DNA of 64,000 nucleotides from Leidyana gryllorum EB-2025a (Eukaryota > Protista > Apicomplexa). Position numbers and translations under genes: made by a program. How positions within the stretch are numbered: position 1 is the first letter of the stretch; the number at the start of each line of letters is the position of its first letter. Of the stretch, positions 60,520 through 64,000 are shown piece by piece. The stretch lies in NCBI GenBank assembly GCA_048772705.1, contig JBLWGC010000230.1:682001-746000 (forward strand), written 5' to 3'. The notes under the pieces are model-generated. The model ran no database searches, had not been told where the DNA came from, and saw nothing but the letters and a program-made list of their open reading frames with translations.

Positions 60520-60585
60520 CCCCAAGTCTTCGAAGGAGCCATGCCTCATATTCACCGAAAAGCGTGTGACAGAAGGCTAAGTGAG

Positions 60586-61666
60586 TTATATCGTATGTGC
60601 ACTGATCGGAGTGGAGGCATACTTACTGTCTGTATCTCGTTGCGAGATCAGCTCCTTGAGCAGCTCGTTGTTGGCAGCCGTCCATAACAAGGCTGGGACG
60701 ACCAAGTTGCGGCACTGAGCAGCAGTATGTGGGAGGCGATCGGAGCTGTGGACTCACAGTGCTGAGATTGTCAGTGGTTAGCATGGGATCGAACTGGCAG
60801 TATCCATCAAATGATCCTCCGCTGCCACAGGCTTTAGAGGGCATATCTGTCCAGAATGAATGTCACGGATAACCTTCGTGTACTCACTGAGATCCTTTAT
60901 CCCAAAGGTAGTACACACGTTGTAATTCTACGGAAATATGGCACGACATCGCAAACGTTTATGCTTACGCGTGCCAGAGCTTCACAGTCGGATCGGCTCG
61001 CTGACGGCATCCCCTCAAAAGTTGTGACCATGTTCCGCTGGGTGATGATGCCAGCATTCCGGCAAAAGTCTCGCTCATCAGATATTGTGCGGGAGGCAGC
61101 GTCATAAGAGGGGCAGCGGACCGCACTACTACCAGATTCACATTGATCAATGATTTTGAAGAACTGAGGTTTTGTCACTGTTGCGCAATCGGCTTGAGGC
61201 GCGTACTGAAATCTGACATGAAAGAAGTCTGGTTGAATTTGAAGGCTCACTGGTTGCGTTAGGTTAGTGTAACAAAGTGCATTGACTCCACGGCTGTAAC
61301 AAGAATCTCGATATGTTGCTCGAGATCGGGTTTCATCCAGCACACTTATGCTCCGTGAAACCTCGGGACTGAGCGCGAGTAATTTCAAAGAGGAGGGACC
61401 CAGTCCTTGTGCAAAGGCGGGGCAGACGGATGCTTTCTGGGTATGTTCGGCTAATTTGATGAGCTGTTGCTGCCAGATTCTGCCCGCAAAAAGAATATAC
61501 ACTGATAACCCTGGATGTACAGTGCCTCACTCTGCACTCAGCATGGCTGATGAACAAATCGGCTGCAATCGTCGTGCTCCCACGCTGCGTCGCAGCTTGT
61601 CATCGGAGTCTACCAAGTCACTCACAAGGCGGGAGACATCAATAGGAGTAGTCGCAAAATCATCAT
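60586..61666 (-). CDS. hypothetical Cys-containing, possibly secreted protein; exon structure unresolved
   Basis: MMILRLLLLMSPAL followed by a gtgagt donor, plus ORFs 60897-61502 and 60623-60844. I could not reconcile all splice phases. Confidence 0.35.
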
Positions 61667-61801
61667 AACCTCAGGGTGCTCGCTGCAAGTGGCAGTTTTG
61701 CCACCAGGGGGTTGGTGACGCTTACCAAGCATCAGAATGAAACCAATGGCAGCAGCACAGCCGAGTATGAAGGACACGGCGTCTGTGAAGGCTGTGCCCA
61801 T
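61663..61801 (-). CDS. 31-aa spliced single-TM microprotein (not in the ORF track)
   Basis: MGTAFTDAVSFILGCAAAIGFILML|ASTLRL* with a canonical 43-nt intron at 61725-61683 (gtaagc...ttgcag). Confidence 0.5.
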
Positions 61802-61855
61802 AAATCCAGAGTGTGTTCGGTCAGTCGCACACGTGTGTCTATCCTTCTCAGTGTG

Positions 61856-63285
61856 CTACATATCGGAAGGTCGCCGTCGTTTGCGCCCTTCAGCCTTCAA
61901 CATGGAGAAGCTAGCTACATATAAATACAGTTGAGCGAATCCAGGAGCCTCAAATCTGCTTGGAACATGTTTGTGAGGTAGACACCTTGTATGATCTGCT
62001 CACCTGCTTGCGAAGGAATTGCGCCGCACTTCCTTTTCCCTAGAAGGCGGAGTTTTGGCATCGTACAGATCATCAAAAAATGCAGCTAGCATTTGGTTGA
62101 TGCGAGTATCAATTGGGACTGCCTGCATGGCCCTCAAGCCGTACAAACAGATACAATCGGCCACTTTGGGTCCAATGCCGCTGATGAATTGTGTCTTGAT
62201 GGATGTCCCGGCGGGTATGTCTTACCGATATCGTTCGGAGAAGAAGAGAGCAGCTGTTTCATAGCTCAACAGATTCTGGGCGATGGCGTCGCGCATAATG
62301 TCCAGAGCGTTGGTGCCAGAGCCGCTTTGTAACGAGTGATGCAGGGATGGGTAGGAGGCTAATTTGGTGAGGACATCGCTGGGAGAGTGCGTCGAGTGGC
62401 TCTTGTCGCTGTGATGTTTGTGAAGGTCGTCCCCGATGGGCGACAGATCTGATTCTTCACTATTGGAGTCCTGTTGAGGCCAGGGGTCAAAGTTTTCGCC
62501 TTCTGCGCAGGGTGAGGACATTGCAGCGGAGTTCGAATTAGCGAGAGCGTGGCGGGTGAACTCTGTATCCCGGTGAAGGAGTGTGATGGCCGCGATCAAA
62601 TGCGAGCCTCGGTACCCAAAGTTGAGATTACGCAGGAAGTCCTCTGTGAAATGAGGGTTGGAGACAGTGTCTTGTAGATTGGGGAAGGTCGCTGGAGGGA
62701 AGTCGGGTGGCCACTGTTGTGCTCGTGAGGGTGCGAGGTCAATGGGAGTGCCAAAGTGGCGCGCGAAGGCCAAGACCATGGCAGTGATCCGTTGTATATT
62801 GCTATTTTGACTGCATATGAAGGAGACGAAGACCTCGAAGGCGTCCTGATTGAGGAAGCGCACTCCTTCTGAGAGCTCAATAACTTGATCAAATACATTT
62901 GAGTGTGCGATCCAGCTGCGAGATTGGGTTGGAAGGGAGGTGGTAGTTGTTGGGGGGGGATATACCTGTTTCTGAATTTACTCAAGTCGATGTCATTGGG
63001 TCTTAAAGATAGATATGCAGCGAGATTGGATTCGCATTGCTCATTCGAGTGGCCATCGGAGAGACATTCCCATATTACATCATCGCCATCTTGTTGTAGT
63101 TGAAAGGCGCAGGTGCCCAGAACTCCGTGGAAGAGGTTATCATCAAGGGGTGATTGACGCCATCTGAAAGCCTGTCCTGCATGATGGGGGGTGATTGAGG
63201 CGTTTACGGGGGGTGGTGGGTAGTTACCGCTGCAAAGAGTGAGTTTAAGATTGCATTTGCGTTGGTGACGTTGAAGAATGGGCAT
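61856..63285 (-). CDS. OGG1: 8-oxoguanine DNA glycosylase/AP lyase, multi-exon
   Basis: LKLTLCSG|QAFRW, RFLNQDAFE, SFICSQNSNIQRI, GYR, HhH motif GIGPKVADCICL (catalytic Lys), AVPID (catalytic Asp) and GFAQLYLY. Confidence 0.9.
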
Positions 63286-63352
63286 TCCCTGCCACTCTTG
63301 GTTTTTGTGAGTGGGAACTTGACGGGTGGCGAAGGATAATTTTGTTTGAACG

Positions 63353-64000
63353 ATGTGGTGGAATCAATGCTTTCTGCTGTCAGTGCTGCTAGTTAGTCGA
63401 AGTGTATTGGGGTCGGCGCTTGGGCCTATACAGCTCATACGGCCCGGTCAGAACCACGCGTATCTTGAAACGGTGCCTGAATCACTGGCGAAGCTGAGAA
63501 ATATCAGACCACCTGTGGCAGTGATATCTGCTGTTGGTGCAGTGCATTCGGGAAAGTCTTTCTTGCTGAATCGTTTATGGGATGCCCAAAGCAATGCTGC
63601 CGGATTTGCGGTTGGATATACAGTGAAGCCAGAGACGAGCGGGTTATGGATGTGGGAAAATCCACAACGTCGAGGTGGCACTGCCATAATATATCTTGAC
63701 ACGGAAGGCTTCTTCTCACCCAATGTCACTGAGACCTATGACGCTAAACTCTTTGCGATATCCACCCTTCTCTCCAGCGAAGTTATCTATAACACTGTCA
63801 AGTTTATCGGTACGTAACTAACGTGCCGCCCTCTCAACGTCCGTCTCTTTCAGACAACCATCACTTGGAATTGCTCGAGCTTTTGATTCGTCGAACAAAT
63901 CTGTTTGGTCTGAGGGCTTATGCCCGCCACAATCGGGCTGTTGCTGGGAACAACAGCACCAGCGGGGCCCCCATATCCAACCTGGCCAGCTTTCTACGTG
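63353..64000 (+). CDS. guanylate-binding protein/atlastin-family GTPase (3' partial)
   Basis: P-loop GAVHSGKSFLLN, ETSGLWMW, LDTEG and LLSS..IYN. Intron ~63809-63853. Runs off the window. Confidence 0.88.

Overview
This is eukaryotic nuclear DNA from a very compact protist genome, using the standard code (TAA, TAG and TGA are all used as stops). Most introns are GT-AG and 40-60 nt long, so many ORF-track fragments join into spliced genes. A gregarine/apicomplexan-type origin is a low-confidence guess. I find about 30 protein genes. Recognisable products: YqjM-type old yellow enzyme, a ~4770-aa DNA-PKcs (9 exons), a Cid1/TUTase-family nucleotidyltransferase, a GT34-like glycosyltransferase, four sigma-like GSTs with MOG1 between them, a DUF2828/vWA protein with a CCHC knuckle, DUF4140/DUF4139, a histone-fold protein, acyltransferase-3, a degenerate AAA+ ATPase, a USP4/11/15-like deubiquitinase, two mucin-like proteins, GH47 mannosidase, MED14, OGG1 and a GBP/atlastin-like GTPase. 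The most unusual signal is the architecture. Genes are packed with 3-21 nt gaps, there are ATGA stop/start overlaps, divergent ATGs lie 15-21 nt apart, micro-ORFs abut larger genes, and the palindrome CACACGTGTG recurs mainly in introns and the few spacers. No rRNA, tRNA, CRISPR or transposon was recognised. All family calls come from motif recognition by eye; no searches were run.
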